A stretch of DNA of 64,000 nt from a virus, in IMG/VR virus record IMGVR_UViG_3300037483_001116, positions 1-64,000 of that record; one strand, written 5' to 3'. The notes beneath the pieces were generated by a model, which was not told the DNA's origin, searched no databases, and saw only the letters and a program-made list of their open reading frames with translations. Shown here piece after piece: positions 21,773 to 33,757 of this stretch; position 1 is the first letter of the stretch, and each line of letters opens with the position of its first letter. Made by a program: the position numbers and the translations under genes.

Positions 21773-24327
21773 GACCGTATCGTACCCAGCACCCCGTACT
21801 CCAGGTCGATCCGCAGTCCCTTCCACCAGGCGTGGCCGCCGATCTTGATTGGCTCATACCCCATCGTCTTCAACTGGTTCTGGAACCTGCGGGCCCCCAA
21901 CTTCGGCAACTGATTCTCGGCACAGTAGTGGTCGAACATGGACCGCAGATGCGACGACTTCGTCTCCGCTACCGGATCTTCGACGATGGCCCCCTCTTCG
22001 ATCTTGTCCCGGATGAAGCTGGCCGCCATCGTCATCTCCACCCGATAGGCCTCAATGTCGGCCGTGATCTCCGGCGGTTCACCCAACTCGCCCATGAAGC
22101 GGTACGCCTCAAGACCTTCCAACATCCAGTTCAAGATGCCGTCAGCCTCCTGGGCCAGGATCTCCGACAAGCCGCGGGTTTCCTCCCGATCTGACCGGCC
22201 ACCGAACTCCACCGTCATTGGAATACTCTTGGTCCGCCGCCAGATCGCACCATCGTCCGAACCGAATTTCGGCAGGAAGTTGGTGGCAATCCAGATCACG
22301 CAGCTCGGCTTCCACTCTGTGAACGTCTCATAATGCCCACGGGACGTCATGATGTCATTGCCGGTGATCCGTTTCACCAGATCCTCGTTCAGCTGCGCAC
22401 CTTCCGGCAGCTCCGACGTCGCCACAAACCTGGCGCCCTTCAGCTTATGCAGGTCGAGGGTGTCGGACTGCTTCTTCGCCTGGAACGTGGAGGCCGGCGC
22501 CGTTGCCCCATAGCTACCGAACACCGACGTCATGACTGACGTGAACACCGACTTACCGGTACCGCTCGGGCCGTGCAGCAGGAACATGGTTCGCTCCGTT
22601 GGTCTACCCAACAAGCTGTAGCCCATACACCGTTGCATATAGGCCCGGACGTTGTCGTTCGGGAACACTTCCTCCATGAACTGACGGAACCGTGGGGCTT
22701 CTGCGTCCTTGTCGTGACTGGCGCCCATTGTCAGGGTCAGCATGTTGGCCGGGTCGTGAGGAATGACGTGACCCGACACCAGGTCCAGGGTGCCGTTGGG
22801 CAGGTTGAGCAGGCTGCGGTCCGCGTCGAAGTCTTCCGGCATGACCTGCATGCCGGGTTCGGAGGCGAACATGTCCATCGCCGCCTCGATTTTGCCCTTG
22901 TTTTTCAGGGCCTGGGCGCTGGCGTAGGTGCGTTTTGCTGAGGCGATCTCTTCTTTCACGCCGCCGGTTTCGGCTTCTTCAAGTTCCTTGCCGGCCTGCT
23001 TCACGGCCAGCTCGGCGCAGTGCACCGCGGCCCGCCAAATGGCCAGGTGTTCGTCCCGTTTCCACACCTCCCCGGTCCACTCGTACCAAGCTTTTTCCTT
23101 GGGGCAGCGCCGGAACCTATTTCCGTAGACGCTTTTCATCCGTCGACCGCTGCCGGTGTCAGTGAGGTCTAAATTCCCTGGTACGGGTGACTCTACGACC
23201 TCGGCACGGCCGTCCTCATTGAAGGCAGTTACCGCATAGGAAGCAGGGGCATCCCCGTACCCCTGCCGGCGTAAAGCAGCCGACGCCAGCTTCATGCTGC
23301 CGCTGTGGTGGTAGTGGGAATAGACGTAGAACTTATCCAGCGGCTTCTCGGTCGGCAGGCCAGCAGACGTGGACCAAACGTAGAGCCGGTCCTTGTCCCC
23401 GTTGTAGCCCGTAGACGCCGAGTGGCCGTCTTTAGCGTTTTTCCCCGGCCGGACCCAGAAAGTCTCCGCCCCCACCCGATGGCTGATCGTCCAGCCGGCG
23501 CCCGTGAACCATGTCTCGTTCCAGTCGGCCTTGTTGTTCCAGTCGTCACCTGGCCGTAGCTCCCCCTCGGCGCTACGGACAACCACAATCTCTTTGCCGG
23601 GCTCTACCGCCGGGGCCGGCTCCGGCGGCGGGGTCTGGTCCAAGGCCGCGTGGATGGCCTCGTGCAGCTCGCAGCGCTGCTCCCAGGTAATCTCCGGGAT
23701 CACCCCTACCTGGCCGGCCAGGACCTCCCAGGCCAGCCCCGACCCGTGGCAGTACCCCGGAGTGGGGGCCACCACCACGTAGCCGCCTTCGCCGCGGGTC
23801 TCCGCCCGGGTCCGCCAAAACTTTTGGCCAGGATTGCGCTGCAGTAGATCCTGCTCATCCCGGCTCAGCTCCGGGAACGTGGCCAGCCGCATCGCCAACT
23901 TCGCGTTGCCCGGCACCTCGTGGTCGGTGATGCGGTACAGCAGGTGGATCCCACCCGACGGGCTGTACTCCGAGTAGCCCGTCGACAGGAACGTGTCCCA
24001 CAGCTCCCGGACGCCACGGGCCGAACACTCGTCCCCGATCCGGTCCAGGTCCTCGCCGCTGGCGGCGTCCGACTCCAGCTCGGTCATTTCAAGGGCGCCG
24101 GACACCTTGCCGCAAATGGCGGCCACCCCGAGCCGGCGACCCGGCCCCCAGAGCCTGGCCACCGTGTCCGCCGTCAACGGAACGGACTGCAGGACCTTCC
24201 AGTCCATCGACGGCTTCTTGGTCCGCCCCGGCAAAATCGGAACAACCGAAACCCCAGCGTCATACCAGGGCTGGGCAATATTGCCGGACCAACCACTACC
24301 GGTAGTGTTTTCAGGAGCTGTCGTCAT
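21769..24327 (-). CDS. primase-helicase (prim-pol N-terminus + D5/P4-type SF3 helicase)
   Basis: GVSVVPI, SPSGGIHLLY, ETRGEGGYVVVAP; LLNLPNGTLDL; Walker A GPSGTGKS; TNFLP, AIWRR. Confidence 0.92.
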   Translation of the reverse strand: MTTAPENTTGSGWSGNIAQPWYDAGVSVVPILPGRTKKPSMDWKVLQSVPLTADTVARLWGPGRRLGVAAICGKVSGALEMTELESDAASGEDLDRIGDECSARGVRELWDTFLSTGYSEYSPSGGIHLLYRITDHEVPGNAKLAMRLATFPELSRDEQDLLQRNPGQKFWRTRAETRGEGGYVVVAPTPGYCHGSGLAWEVLAGQVGVIPEITWEQRCELHEAIHAALDQTPPPEPAPAVEPGKEIVVVRSAEGELRPGDDWNNKADWNETWFTGAGWTISHRVGAETFWVRPGKNAKDGHSASTGYNGDKDRLYVWSTSAGLPTEKPLDKFYVYSHYHHSGSMKLASAALRRQGYGDAPASYAVTAFNEDGRAEVVESPVPGNLDLTDTGSGRRMKSVYGNRFRRCPKEKAWYEWTGEVWKRDEHLAIWRAAVHCAELAVKQAGKELEEAETGGVKEEIASAKRTYASAQALKNKGKIEAAMDMFASEPGMQVMPEDFDADRSLLNLPNGTLDLVSGHVIPHDPANMLTLTMGASHDKDAEAPRFRQFMEEVFPNDNVRAYMQRCMGYSLLGRPTERTMFLLHGPSGTGKSVFTSVMTSVFGSYGATAPASTFQAKKQSDTLDLHKLKGARFVATSELPEGAQLNEDLVKRITGNDIMTSRGHYETFTEWKPSCVIWIATNFLPKFGSDDGAIWRRTKSIPMTVEFGGRSDREETRGLSEILAQEADGILNWMLEGLEAYRFMGELGEPPEITADIEAYRVEMTMAASFIRDKIEEGAIVEDPVAETKSSHLRSMFDHYCAENQLPKLGARRFQNQLKTMGYEPIKIGGHAWWKGLRIDLEYGVLGTIRS

Positions 24328-24615
24328 GGCTTGACCACCAACGACAAATATGCCATCATCGCTCCTAGGGGTGCGTAGGGGTGTCCCTAAAGGGGAGCTG
24401 CCGAGTTCGGATCGGCAGCTCCCACAGGGGCTGACCAGCTGGTTTAAGCACTGTAGACCCGCCAGCCCCCGGTCCGCTAGATCCGGTTCCGACCAACTTC
24501 GTGCCGGTTCCGGTGGTGTACATTGAGGGCGCCTCACTTCATGCTGAAGGCCTCCTTCGGGGCTGAAGGTTCCTTCCTGCTGGGGTTTTGGCGCTCTCTC
24601 CGGGAGCTGTGGTAC

Positions 24616-24655
24616 AAGGGCCCGATCCAACCAGGGGCGGTGGGATCGGGCCCTT
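24616..24655 (-). terminator. terminator-like hairpin
   Basis: AAGGGCCCGATCC / GGATCGGGCCCTT inverted repeat. Confidence 0.55.
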
Positions 24656-25415
24656 TCACGTGCTTCAGATCTTGAAGACTAGTCGATCGAGGACGCCGGC
24701 TCCGAACCTGACAGCTTCTTGATCCATCTCACGTCGTCGGCCTTGATCCGGAAGATGACGTCGTCCCCATCCCCGAAAAAGTCGAACCAGGCCTCGTTCG
24801 CCGACAGGTCCCACCAGTCAGCCACCACAGCGTGGAGCTGACTCCTCGTGCTGACCTCAAAGCTGGTCATCAGACTCCGCGTCACCATCCAAGGTCTGGA
24901 TCGACAGCACGTCGTAGGCCTTCACTGCCAGCTTGGCCCGGAGGTCACCCTCGTCCCAGAACTCGACCCACTCTTGGTTCGGTGTGAACGTGTAGTTGTA
25001 GGCCTGAACCTTGGTGACCCGGCCGCCATACACCGAATCATCGTTGCGGTACACGATCCCGAAGACAGCCATCAGGCAGCTTCGGCCACGGTCTCGACGA
25101 CCTTCACCTTGACGCCTTTGACCGCCTTTAGGGCCTCCTCGGGGGCGCATGGGTAATGCCACGTGCCGCCAGCCTTGGTGTCCTCGTCCTGTAAACAGGC
25201 GTTGTGGTGGGTGCCCGTCGGGGTCATGACGAACAGGTCCACCTTCTTCGGCGGCCGGCCGCGGCCACCCGAAGGAGCCGAGGTGATGATGGCGGCCCGG
25301 CATTCGGACTTGTATTCACCACCCGGGGTCCCGAAAGAAACGTAGTGCGCCGACTCGGAAACCTTTGGATTAGCCATTCTTTTTACTTTCTCTTTCTTCT
25401 AGACATTGACGGTCA

Positions 25416-26165
25416 TCAAAACGGAGGTGTGTCGTTGAACGTAGCCTGTCGGGCAGCCTCCGCCGCCGCAGCCTGCTCCGCCAACATCCGCTGCTGACGG
25501 TGATGCTGCAGCACCGTCATATCCTCCTGGCTCAGCTGCGGCGACCCAGCCACCCCGGCGTACTGCTGCTGCGGCTGGGCCGGCGCCGGTGGGGCCGCAT
25601 TGTTGTTGGCCCGCATCGACTCCAGACTCGGCGACCCCTGGAACTGCTGACCGGCCGGCGGCTGGGTGTACCCCTGCGGCGTTCCGCCCTGGTAGCTGTA
25701 CCCAGCCGGCGTGGTTTCAGCTGGGGTCTGGTTTCGGATCGGGGCGAACGGCGAGGCCTGGAAGTTGGGGTTGGCCTGCAGCCACGCCGACGCCCGCTCC
25801 CGGGCCATCGGATCCCCCGACATGTCCACCAGCACCCACGGCGGGTTCATGCCGTTCCGGGCCACACCCTGGGAGAAAACACCCAGGACCTTGGCGCCGA
25901 TCTGGCTGCGCAGGCTTCCGATTAACTGGGCCTGCATGAAATTGCTGTTGCGGTACACCTTCCCCGGTAAACCCTGGTCGTTCTTGTCGTCCAGGTCCAC
26001 CACATCAACCGCGATACCGTCGGAGGGCTTGTTGCCCTGCCCGCTGAACTTGGTGGCAATAAAGGGATGGTGACCGAGGGGAAAAACAATACAGAGGTGG
26101 CCGTTGAGTTGAGAGGGTTTGCAGTACTCCCCGCCCTCTACGACTCTGCCCCATTCGTCAGTCAT
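25416..26165 (-). CDS. putative single-stranded DNA-binding protein
   Basis: Globular N-terminus, Q/P/A-rich linker, acidic-aromatic DTPPF tail; lies in the replication module. Confidence 0.5.
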   Translation of the reverse strand: MTDEWGRVVEGGEYCKPSQLNGHLCIVFPLGHHPFIATKFSGQGNKPSDGIAVDVVDLDDKNDQGLPGKVYRNSNFMQAQLIGSLRSQIGAKVLGVFSQGVARNGMNPPWVLVDMSGDPMARERASAWLQANPNFQASPFAPIRNQTPAETTPAGYSYQGGTPQGYTQPPAGQQFQGSPSLESMRANNNAAPPAPAQPQQQYAGVAGSPQLSQEDMTVLQHHRQQRMLAEQAAAAEAARQATFNDTPPF

Positions 26166-27619
26166 TCGCTATCTCCCGATGCTGAAGCTAGATACCTGTT
26201 ACTTGCTACTTGTGGGCCGTGTCGGCTTGATCTTTTGAATCAAGATGTCTACCGCCTCAGCGCCATTGAAACTTCCGGGGCTCCCGCGCTGGAGATCGGC
26301 CCAGTCCATGAACTCTGCGATCAGCCACTCGTGGACAGCAGCCTCCGCGGCGTCGACCATGGCTCCCTCCAAGACGCCATGCCCGTCGCAGACTTCACCA
26401 TGCGAAGTCAGCTCGTCACGAGCGTCGGAGATATGGCGGCCGGCCAGCTCCCGAAACGTGCCCATCGTTACTCGGCGGCCAGCTGCGGTTCCGCGGCCTT
26501 GAACTGCGGCGGGAACGACACATCCTGGAACTTCTCTGGGTCGCTCACCACATCCGTGGCTAGGTCCCGGTTGTCGGCGACGTCGCTTTCCCGAAGGGCC
26601 TGAATCGCCTCCTCGGCCTCCGCCAACACCGTCTCCCACTTCTCGATGGCTGCTAGGGCCCGGTCACGGGCCTTGAACTTGACAGCCATTTCCTGGTACC
26701 AGTCAGCGCTTGGGTCAGTCACTTACTTCTCCTCCTTGGTCTCGTTCTCGTGGGCCCAGGTGTGAGCCCACAACTCAGTCATGTCCGGCTTCGTTTCCAG
26801 TTCCTGCCCGGCATCACTACGGGTAATACGGGCTAGTACCGGAACGGGAATTGTCTCGTTGCATGCCGGGCAGGCTACCGCGCCCTGCCCGAAGCTAGAA
26901 AACGGTTGCTCGTCTTCCGCGACAACGCTCACGGGCCCTCCTTCAAGGAGTCCGACGACGGGGTCTTGGTCCGGTTCTGGGCCTGCCAACCCTTCACCAC
27001 CATCGAGGCCTTACGGATGCCCTCAAGGTGATGCTTGGGCGAGCCTGCAATTTCGCACAAAAAGGCGTAGATGTCTAGGACCTTGGGCAACAGCGAGTCT
27101 TGGGCCCGGAAGACTACGACGGGCTCATCAGCCCCGACGGTCCCGTTTTCTAGGGTCACGCGGCCGTACTTGTTATCAATGGGCATGAGTCTTCCTTTAC
27201 ATTCTGGTTACTTGCGCCTGCCGTAGAGGGTGGCAGACCATAGCACATAGCCGGCGATGGCCGAGGTCCTGGCAAAGGAGTCAACGAGCATTTCTCCCTC
27301 ATACGGATAATCAGCGTTACCGATATCGACCGAAGCGGTTGCATATCTCAAGGGTTGGAGAACTTCGGCTGGACGTTGGGTCTCATCGCTATCGTAAGAC
27401 CCTTCCACTGTCAGGATAAGCCCGGTCCCGCCGTAGGTAGCAAGGCGATGGGTGTCGGGCATGGGCTCTAGGCTCAGCTTCGTGACAAAGTCCGACAGGT
27501 CCTCGCCGTTGACGCTGAAAGGCTTTTTGTCTGCCATGGTCTTCATGATTTCCCCTTAGCTTGTCGCTCCTTGAGGGCGACTTCAAGTTCCGTGCGATGG
27601 TTCTCGATGACCCAAGCGA

Positions 27620-28876
27620 CTAGGTCCTTGACGCGTTTGATCCCTCGTCAGGTTGGATCTGTAGTGCTGGGCGTGGAGATTTGCTGACGTATCCGTTTGG
27701 GTTTGGCTGAATGACCACTTCGTACCCGTTGATTAACATTATCTTGTGGGTTACATTGCTATATCTCAACAAGTATGTTGAGATGCCAATTCCTTTGTCT
27801 GCGTCATCCTTGCACCAACCAATTGCAATATTGCATGCCATGCAGACAACCCCCCTGACGCATTTTCCGCAGGATCGATTACCGGGACAGCAGTTATGGT
27901 CGTGGTCAATATGAATGCCCCGGGAAATGTCAAAATTAAGTTTGTCGGGGCATGCCGCACAAAAGTAGTTCTGGTTAACTAGCATCTCTTCGTATGCCTC
28001 AACGGTAAGGCCGTATCTCCATAGTCGAACGCGTTCTTTTACATCCGGTAAGCGGTTATAGCATTGTCTACATAGCCCACGGCTGGCCCTGTCTCGGTCG
28101 GGGTGGCATTTGATCCCCCACTTTGATCGTGGTGATTCGTTCCTTAAGGGATTGCCGTATTTTTTATATGCTCGATAATGGTTTTCGCAGAATCCGAGAC
28201 TTCGGGGTGCAGCTGTACAGGTTTCTATCGCAGCGCATTTCTTTTTTTCGGCGCCGACGTTTCGAAATGGTGCCTGAAGGTCTTGGCCTTTCCTAAATCG
28301 TGCATAATGGCCAGTGCAAAAAGTTAACGCTTTGAATGGCCTAGGACACCAATCTATTGAGCATTCTTTTGCAGCCCTGATAGTGACAATGCCTAGGGGG
28401 TATTTTTGACCTATCCGTTTGTGCCTTAGGCAGTATCCTCCCCGCTCAGTATCCTGGTCACATTTGATGACCCGGCAAGTTTCTTCTTCTGGTTCATGAG
28501 CAATTACCCGACGTTTTCGTTGTTTATTTGTCTTGCCGCTATGGCCGGCGAGATATCTGTTGGGGAGTCCTTTGTACCTACCGTATACCACGTTCGTTAA
28601 AATGGAGGCTTTAACGGGCTCACCGCATCCGCATTGACAAAATCCATCTCTTTTTAGCACTTCTTGTGGAATCGATTTCCTGGGCCTACGTGCACCACAC
28701 TGACCACACCCCCCTTGTCCCCGTTTAACGTTGGCGTAGCTAGGCGTTACAGTTGATCCACAGATTAGGCATTGACATTCCCATGGCTTATTGGCCCCCG
28801 GGTATGGCTTTAGTGGCTCAACCCCAGCGGCTAGCATCACCGGCCGCGTCTCTGCGTCCGTTAACCCTCTGCCCAT
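27620..28876 (-). CDS. endonuclease VII-domain homing endonuclease with multiple Zn-finger repeats
   Basis: YGLTVEAYEEML..Q...CAAC...IDHDH..C...VRG..C..CN; repeated Cx4C..CxxH; markedly low GC. Confidence 0.85.
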   Translation of the reverse strand: MGRGLTDAETRPVMLAAGVEPLKPYPGANKPWECQCLICGSTVTPSYANVKRGQGGCGQCGARRPRKSIPQEVLKRDGFCQCGCGEPVKASILTNVVYGRYKGLPNRYLAGHSGKTNKQRKRRVIAHEPEEETCRVIKCDQDTERGGYCLRHKRIGQKYPLGIVTIRAAKECSIDWCPRPFKALTFCTGHYARFRKGQDLQAPFRNVGAEKKKCAAIETCTAAPRSLGFCENHYRAYKKYGNPLRNESPRSKWGIKCHPDRDRASRGLCRQCYNRLPDVKERVRLWRYGLTVEAYEEMLVNQNYFCAACPDKLNFDISRGIHIDHDHNCCPGNRSCGKCVRGVVCMACNIAIGWCKDDADKGIGISTYLLRYSNVTHKIMLINGYEVVIQPNPNGYVSKSPRPALQIQPDEGSNASRT

Positions 28877-28913
28877 CGCCCCGCACACCCCCGATCGTCT
28901 GTATCCTTGCTGT

Positions 28914-29777
28914 TCATCTCCCCGGGCACCCCTTGTCGTCGGCAGCCACGTCCATATCTTTCTCCCTGGAATGAAAAGGGCACCACACACATGCGTCACC
29001 GGGCGTCGCTGGTATGAGCCCATAGCGGTGCGGGTTGTTCTCGATGTCCAGGTCCATGAGCTTGTCAGCCAGCTCGTACATCCGGGCCAGCGCATCAAGG
29101 GCTACCTTCTCGTCGTATTTCTCCAGCCAGACCTCAACGTCCCCGAGCCAGCCGCTTCTCGGGTAGAACACCAGCGCCACTTCATTGACCTCGCGGCCGG
29201 CTCGCTTATGTCCTAGGCCATATACCTGAATTTGTACCCTATAAGAGTTGGGGATAATTCCTTTTTTAATTTTCCGCATGACATCGACCCCGGCGGATTT
29301 ATGGTCTATCACCATGCCCGTATGAGTATTGAACAGATCCGAGCGGCCCTTCACCAACGGATCTGGATAGACCCTGGTCTCGGTTAAGTAGCCTAAATCG
29401 CCTTTAACGTTTTGGTACCTATTGATTGCGGTATCGAGCCAAGAGTGAATGCTCGTACCTACAATTGATGGCCATGGATCTGTCTCTGTGTTCACCGGCT
29501 TCGCCCCAGCGATTCGGTATGCCAGTCGCCGATCACATTCTGTACCCAGCTCCGAGGGCCCGACGGCCACCTGTCGGGACCGCGGCGCTTCCCTCTCGTT
29601 CCACAAAATGATCTTGGATAACTCGTGCTTCAGGGCCATAGCCGCCGGGTTCGGTTGACCCGGTAACTTTCCCCACTCTTCGGCCTCGGCCACCAGCACA
29701 CGCTCCTTGATCAGCTGCTTGGTGACCCTAGCCGGGGGGTACGACAAAAAGGGCGCCGCCCCGAAGGCGACGCCCAA
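28914..29777 (-). CDS. RecB/Cas4-like PD-(D/E)XK exonuclease
   Basis: GPSELG..CDR, GTSIH, GRSD, IDHK, QIQVYG, CVWCPF; start codon uncertain. Confidence 0.85.
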   Translation of the reverse strand: MGVAFGAAPFLSYPPARVTKQLIKERVLVAEAEEWGKLPGQPNPAAMALKHELSKIILWNEREAPRSRQVAVGPSELGTECDRRLAYRIAGAKPVNTETDPWPSIVGTSIHSWLDTAINRYQNVKGDLGYLTETRVYPDPLVKGRSDLFNTHTGMVIDHKSAGVDVMRKIKKGIIPNSYRVQIQVYGLGHKRAGREVNEVALVFYPRSGWLGDVEVWLEKYDEKVALDALARMYELADKLMDLDIENNPHRYGLIPATPGDACVWCPFHSREKDMDVAADDKGCPGR

Positions 29778-32637
29778 AGTTTTTTCCCAGGACTCGGTTG
29801 ATCATGTACAAACGTTGCTAACTGTTGTTATTAGTGGTCACTGACCGGTTTCCTGTCGTTCGCGCGGTGGACGTAGCAGTAACACTGGGCCCAGACCCCG
29901 CCGTCGGGCCGGGTACATTCACCGCCACACGGCAGCCGCGAGTTCAGCTCTCGGGGTTCGACCGTGGTCCCGCCGTAGCCGGTCCACCCCCGGGCAAACT
30001 CCTCAGCGTGTCGAACGACCTCAGGGTCGGGCGATTCACTGTAGACCCCGTGCACGAAGCTGCCATTCAGACCGCTGTCGGAGATGAGGACGTACATCGT
30101 GGCCATCCGAGAGCCTCCTTCGCCGATACGGTCGATCATGCTTTGCGCAGCCGCACCATGATCCGTGCCGCGGTCTCGGCCGCGGCGATATTGATGCGCA
30201 GCAGGTCCGGCGCCATCTCCTCCAGTATGGCCGCCGCCCGCTCAGCCTTCGACGGAGGCCCTAAGTCGGAGCACCGCGGATAGTCGTAACATCCTTGGTT
30301 GCATTTCTGGTCGCCGATGCCCAGCCAGTACGGACACTGGGTTAAGTCACTCACGCAAACGCCAAACGGCACACCAGCCGGCGCTGATACAGCGTCATCG
30401 GCGTCATCAGCGCACAGATCAGGTCACACACCTCATGCGTTTCCGCATCATGCTTGTCCGGCGTCCCGTACCACGGCTCCATACCGGAGGGCATGTCCAG
30501 GTTCCCGTCGTCCAGCTGCACATGCAGCGGACCTCCCGCGGCGTGCAGCTCATACAGCCGCTGGACCAGGACCACAGCTTCCCGGATGCGGCTTTTCATG
30601 CCTTGTGCCAGTCGAGGACGTGAGCTTCCAGCTTGTCGACGGTCTGCTGCCAGGCGTCGGTGACTATCCACCTGGTGCACCGACCGCACGCCCCATACCA
30701 TCGTGGCCAGTAGTCGACCCGGTTCTTCCAGATCCGATGCTTCACGTTGTCAGCCTAACCGCGAGGACCTCCGGACGGCCCGTGGTAGTTGACCACGTGC
30801 GCTTCCAGAAGGTCGAACGTCAACTGCCAGGTTCCCGTCTCCAACCACCGGCTACACCGGCTACACCAGCCACACGTCCCGTTCCACCAGGGCAGATTTC
30901 GTTCGGCTTTGTTCTTCCAGACTCGATGTTTCATGTTCCGTCAGCTCCTGTCACCAGTCATGACTGTCTCTGCCCCTCATCTCGTCGTACGCCTTACGGG
31001 CAAGCAGCACATTCGCATAGAAAGTCACCCGGCTCATGTGCCACTGGTTGTCAGCCACGTGGGCCTTCCACGCCGAATCCCGGCTGCCCTCGCCGTTCGC
31101 ATAGGCCTCAGCTGCCCGCTGTCCTTCCTCGTTGTCGTAGCGGCGACCAGCCCGATACTCGCGCTCTAGCCAAAGCTTCTTTAGACCATTCCTCCTGGTG
31201 ACAGCGTCCACCCGGCTTTGCTCTGCGATGATCAGAGCCTCCTCCATCAGCAGGAAAACACCGGCGGTGGAAAGGTCCGGTAACGGCTCCCTAGCGACCG
31301 TTACCCGGATCGGGTCTCCATAGGCCCCCATCAGTCGGCCAACGCTTTGGCGATCTCGGCCCGGCACTGTGGCTCGGAGCAGTCCACATGCTCCACGAGA
31401 CAGGCCCTCGCCGCCCGCAGCGCAGCAACTAGACCCCGGATCCGCTCATCCCGACCAGCCACCGCCGTCTGGGCCTCAAAGGCATCCAACGTCGACTCCG
31501 CACCAGGAATTGGCCAAAAGAAACCCGACCGACCGCCCGGCCACCAACATCGCTCGACGTCCCCCGCAGCAAAGGCAATGCAATTGTAGGTAGGGTCCAT
31601 GGGGCTCGTAATCTCAAAGCCCTTATCGAGAAGCGCAGGAAAGGCAGCCGCAATGTGACCTGCCCCCATCAGCGCAATCCAACGCTCTTCGCCCAAACCA
31701 ACCAAGCTTCCACAGCCGCCCGCACCGTCTCCGATCCCCGCGCGTGATCTTCGCCGACAATGCTTTCAAGCGCCCAGAACCAATGCTCCTGCGTTCGCTC
31801 AAGGTCTCGAACGAGGTATCTGAGAACAGCTGGACCAAGCCCGATTATCTGCTGGTAGGCGGAGTTCATGTAACGAACGTCTGGATCTGATAGGAAGCCC
31901 GTCTCGGCGCGCCACCGCTCGGCCAATTGTTCGAATCGCTCTGCAACCTGACGTTCGGAACGCCAAAACACGGGCATATTTTGAGTAGAGAAGACCTGAT
32001 TGTCACCAAGCACCGGCGTGGTCTCTTTGGCGTGCCACGCATGTGTCTCCCTGTCGGTGTCCAGCCTCAAGGTTTGGATCTTCTGGTTCAAGGTCTGGAT
32101 CTCGTGGTCCCGCTGCCCCAGAATCGCCTGCACCAGCCGCGTGTTGTACTGCTCCTCGTCCAGCTCCCGCCGCAGCTGACGGTTCCCGAGTTCCAGTTGA
32201 GCGTGCTGCTCAACCAAGGCGGCGAGCCCGTCCTCAATCTGCGTCACAGGATCAGTCACGGCGCCCCCCAAGTCCGTACCGGCGAGCCAACGACAAGATC
32301 TCTGGGCATGGGTGGAACTCGTTCCGGCAGGTGTGGCAGTCGGCGCCCTGCGCGCCGCAGTTGAGGTCCGAGCAGACGTAGTGACGGGTCAGTACGTCGA
32401 GGTCTTCGGCGGTCTGACGGAGGACAGCGGCCGGGCTCTCCGCTTCGATGAACAGCCCGGCACCGCCCTTGAAGGTGCCCTGCACCAGGAACGGCCTGCC
32501 CCGCTGACGGATCGCGCCGTGCTCCGTCCCGTCCATGTGCAGCGACGTGATATCCCGGTGCCACGGCTCTCCGTTGAACCACATCGCCCGATCGCGTCGT
32601 TCCGTGATGGCTTCGAGAAGCATGGAATGGAGGTCGG

Positions 32638-33375
32638 TCACAGCAGTGTCCCCCAAAACGGATCCTCAACCGTGAAATGTGGTGCCGCCGCCGGGTCCCA
32701 GAACGTCCGCGGAACAACAGCGTTTACCACCTCACCGCTTCTTGCCGTGTACGACACTGGCGCTTCTCGCGTCGCCCGGGTCACCACCCAGCCGCGCTTC
32801 AACTCTCCCCGATAGTCATCCCAGTTGATGCCATGCTCCGTCCACAGCATCTCCTGCATCTGGTTCGTCTTCACCCCATGCAGCTGAGTCGGCGTAAACA
32901 GGGCCTGCGCCGCCATCGAGATCGAATTCCGGACCGCGTCCCGCTGCCGCCAGATGAAGTAATTGGCCACCTCCGTAGCCGACGGCAACGTGAACACCCG
33001 GGCGTCGAAATGCGGCCGGCCGCGGCACGAACGGACCTGCGCAAACGAAATCGTCGCCACCGCCGCCGCCACCGACGCCATCTTCTGCACCACACCCCCG
33101 AACCACGGCTGGGCCTGCGGCTCCACATCGGACAGTAACAGCGACACCTCATCCGACTGGCCGTACGCGAACCTAGCCCCCGACACCTCTGTACATAGGT
33201 CCTGGGCCACGACCTGCATGGCCTCCATGAACTCGATGTCGTACGGCTTTGCTGCAAAGCGGAGGTACGAGTGGAACGCCCGGCCGTCAACCCTCAGGAT
33301 CGTGTACGAATGCGGCAGCAGCACCGACCTGGTGACAGCCTCGTACGCCTTCATCCGGTCCCCGAGGTCAGTCAT
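32638..33375 (-). CDS. thg1: tRNA(His) guanylyltransferase Thg1 / Thg1-like 3'-5' polymerase
   Basis: RMKAYE, ILRVDGRAFH, YGQSDEVS, HFDARVF, YFIWRQRDAVRNS. Confidence 0.93.
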   Translation of the reverse strand: MTDLGDRMKAYEAVTRSVLLPHSYTILRVDGRAFHSYLRFAAKPYDIEFMEAMQVVAQDLCTEVSGARFAYGQSDEVSLLLSDVEPQAQPWFGGVVQKMASVAAAVATISFAQVRSCRGRPHFDARVFTLPSATEVANYFIWRQRDAVRNSISMAAQALFTPTQLHGVKTNQMQEMLWTEHGINWDDYRGELKRGWVVTRATREAPVSYTARSGEVVNAVVPRTFWDPAAAPHFTVEDPFWGTLL

Positions 33376-33430
33376 GACGCTGACCTTTCGGAAGCGCCTG
33401 GCCGCACCGGCCGCAGGTTCCCGTCTCCAT

Positions 33431-33757
33431 CTACCATGGCTCCGGCTCCTTCTCCACGCACAGATCACACAAGGCCGACATCCAGCTGTGACGAGGTGGC
33501 CGGCTGCGAACGTACCCCGGGTTGCCGCAATCTTCGCAGGTCTTCATCGACTGTTCCTCAGCCGCACGGACCAAAGCCGTCACATCTGGGTGCCTGAAGT
33601 TCAGGTAGGCCCGCAGCCCACCGAATTTCTGTTTGACCTGCCCCACGGTGTAGCCCGAGTCCAGGACCATCACGTCGGCGTGCAGCTGGGTCAGGATCGG
33701 TTGCCATCCCGGACCAACGTGGTCCAGCCAGTCCGGGATCTGCGTCAGCTCGGCCAT
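33431..33757 (-). CDS. hypothetical phage protein (GW..QVKQKFGGLR..TCEDCG family)
   Basis: Characteristic motif; translationally coupled to the RAMP gene. Confidence 0.7.
   Translation of the reverse strand: MAELTQIPDWLDHVGPGWQPILTQLHADVMVLDSGYTVGQVKQKFGGLRAYLNFRHPDVTALVRAAEEQSMKTCEDCGNPGYVRSRPPRHSWMSALCDLCVEKEPEPW

Noticed and set aside
28914-29777. Cas4 acting as the adaptation nuclease for the array
   Set aside because: It sits in the replication module next to SSB and primase genes; such RecB-like nucleases are common in actinophages.
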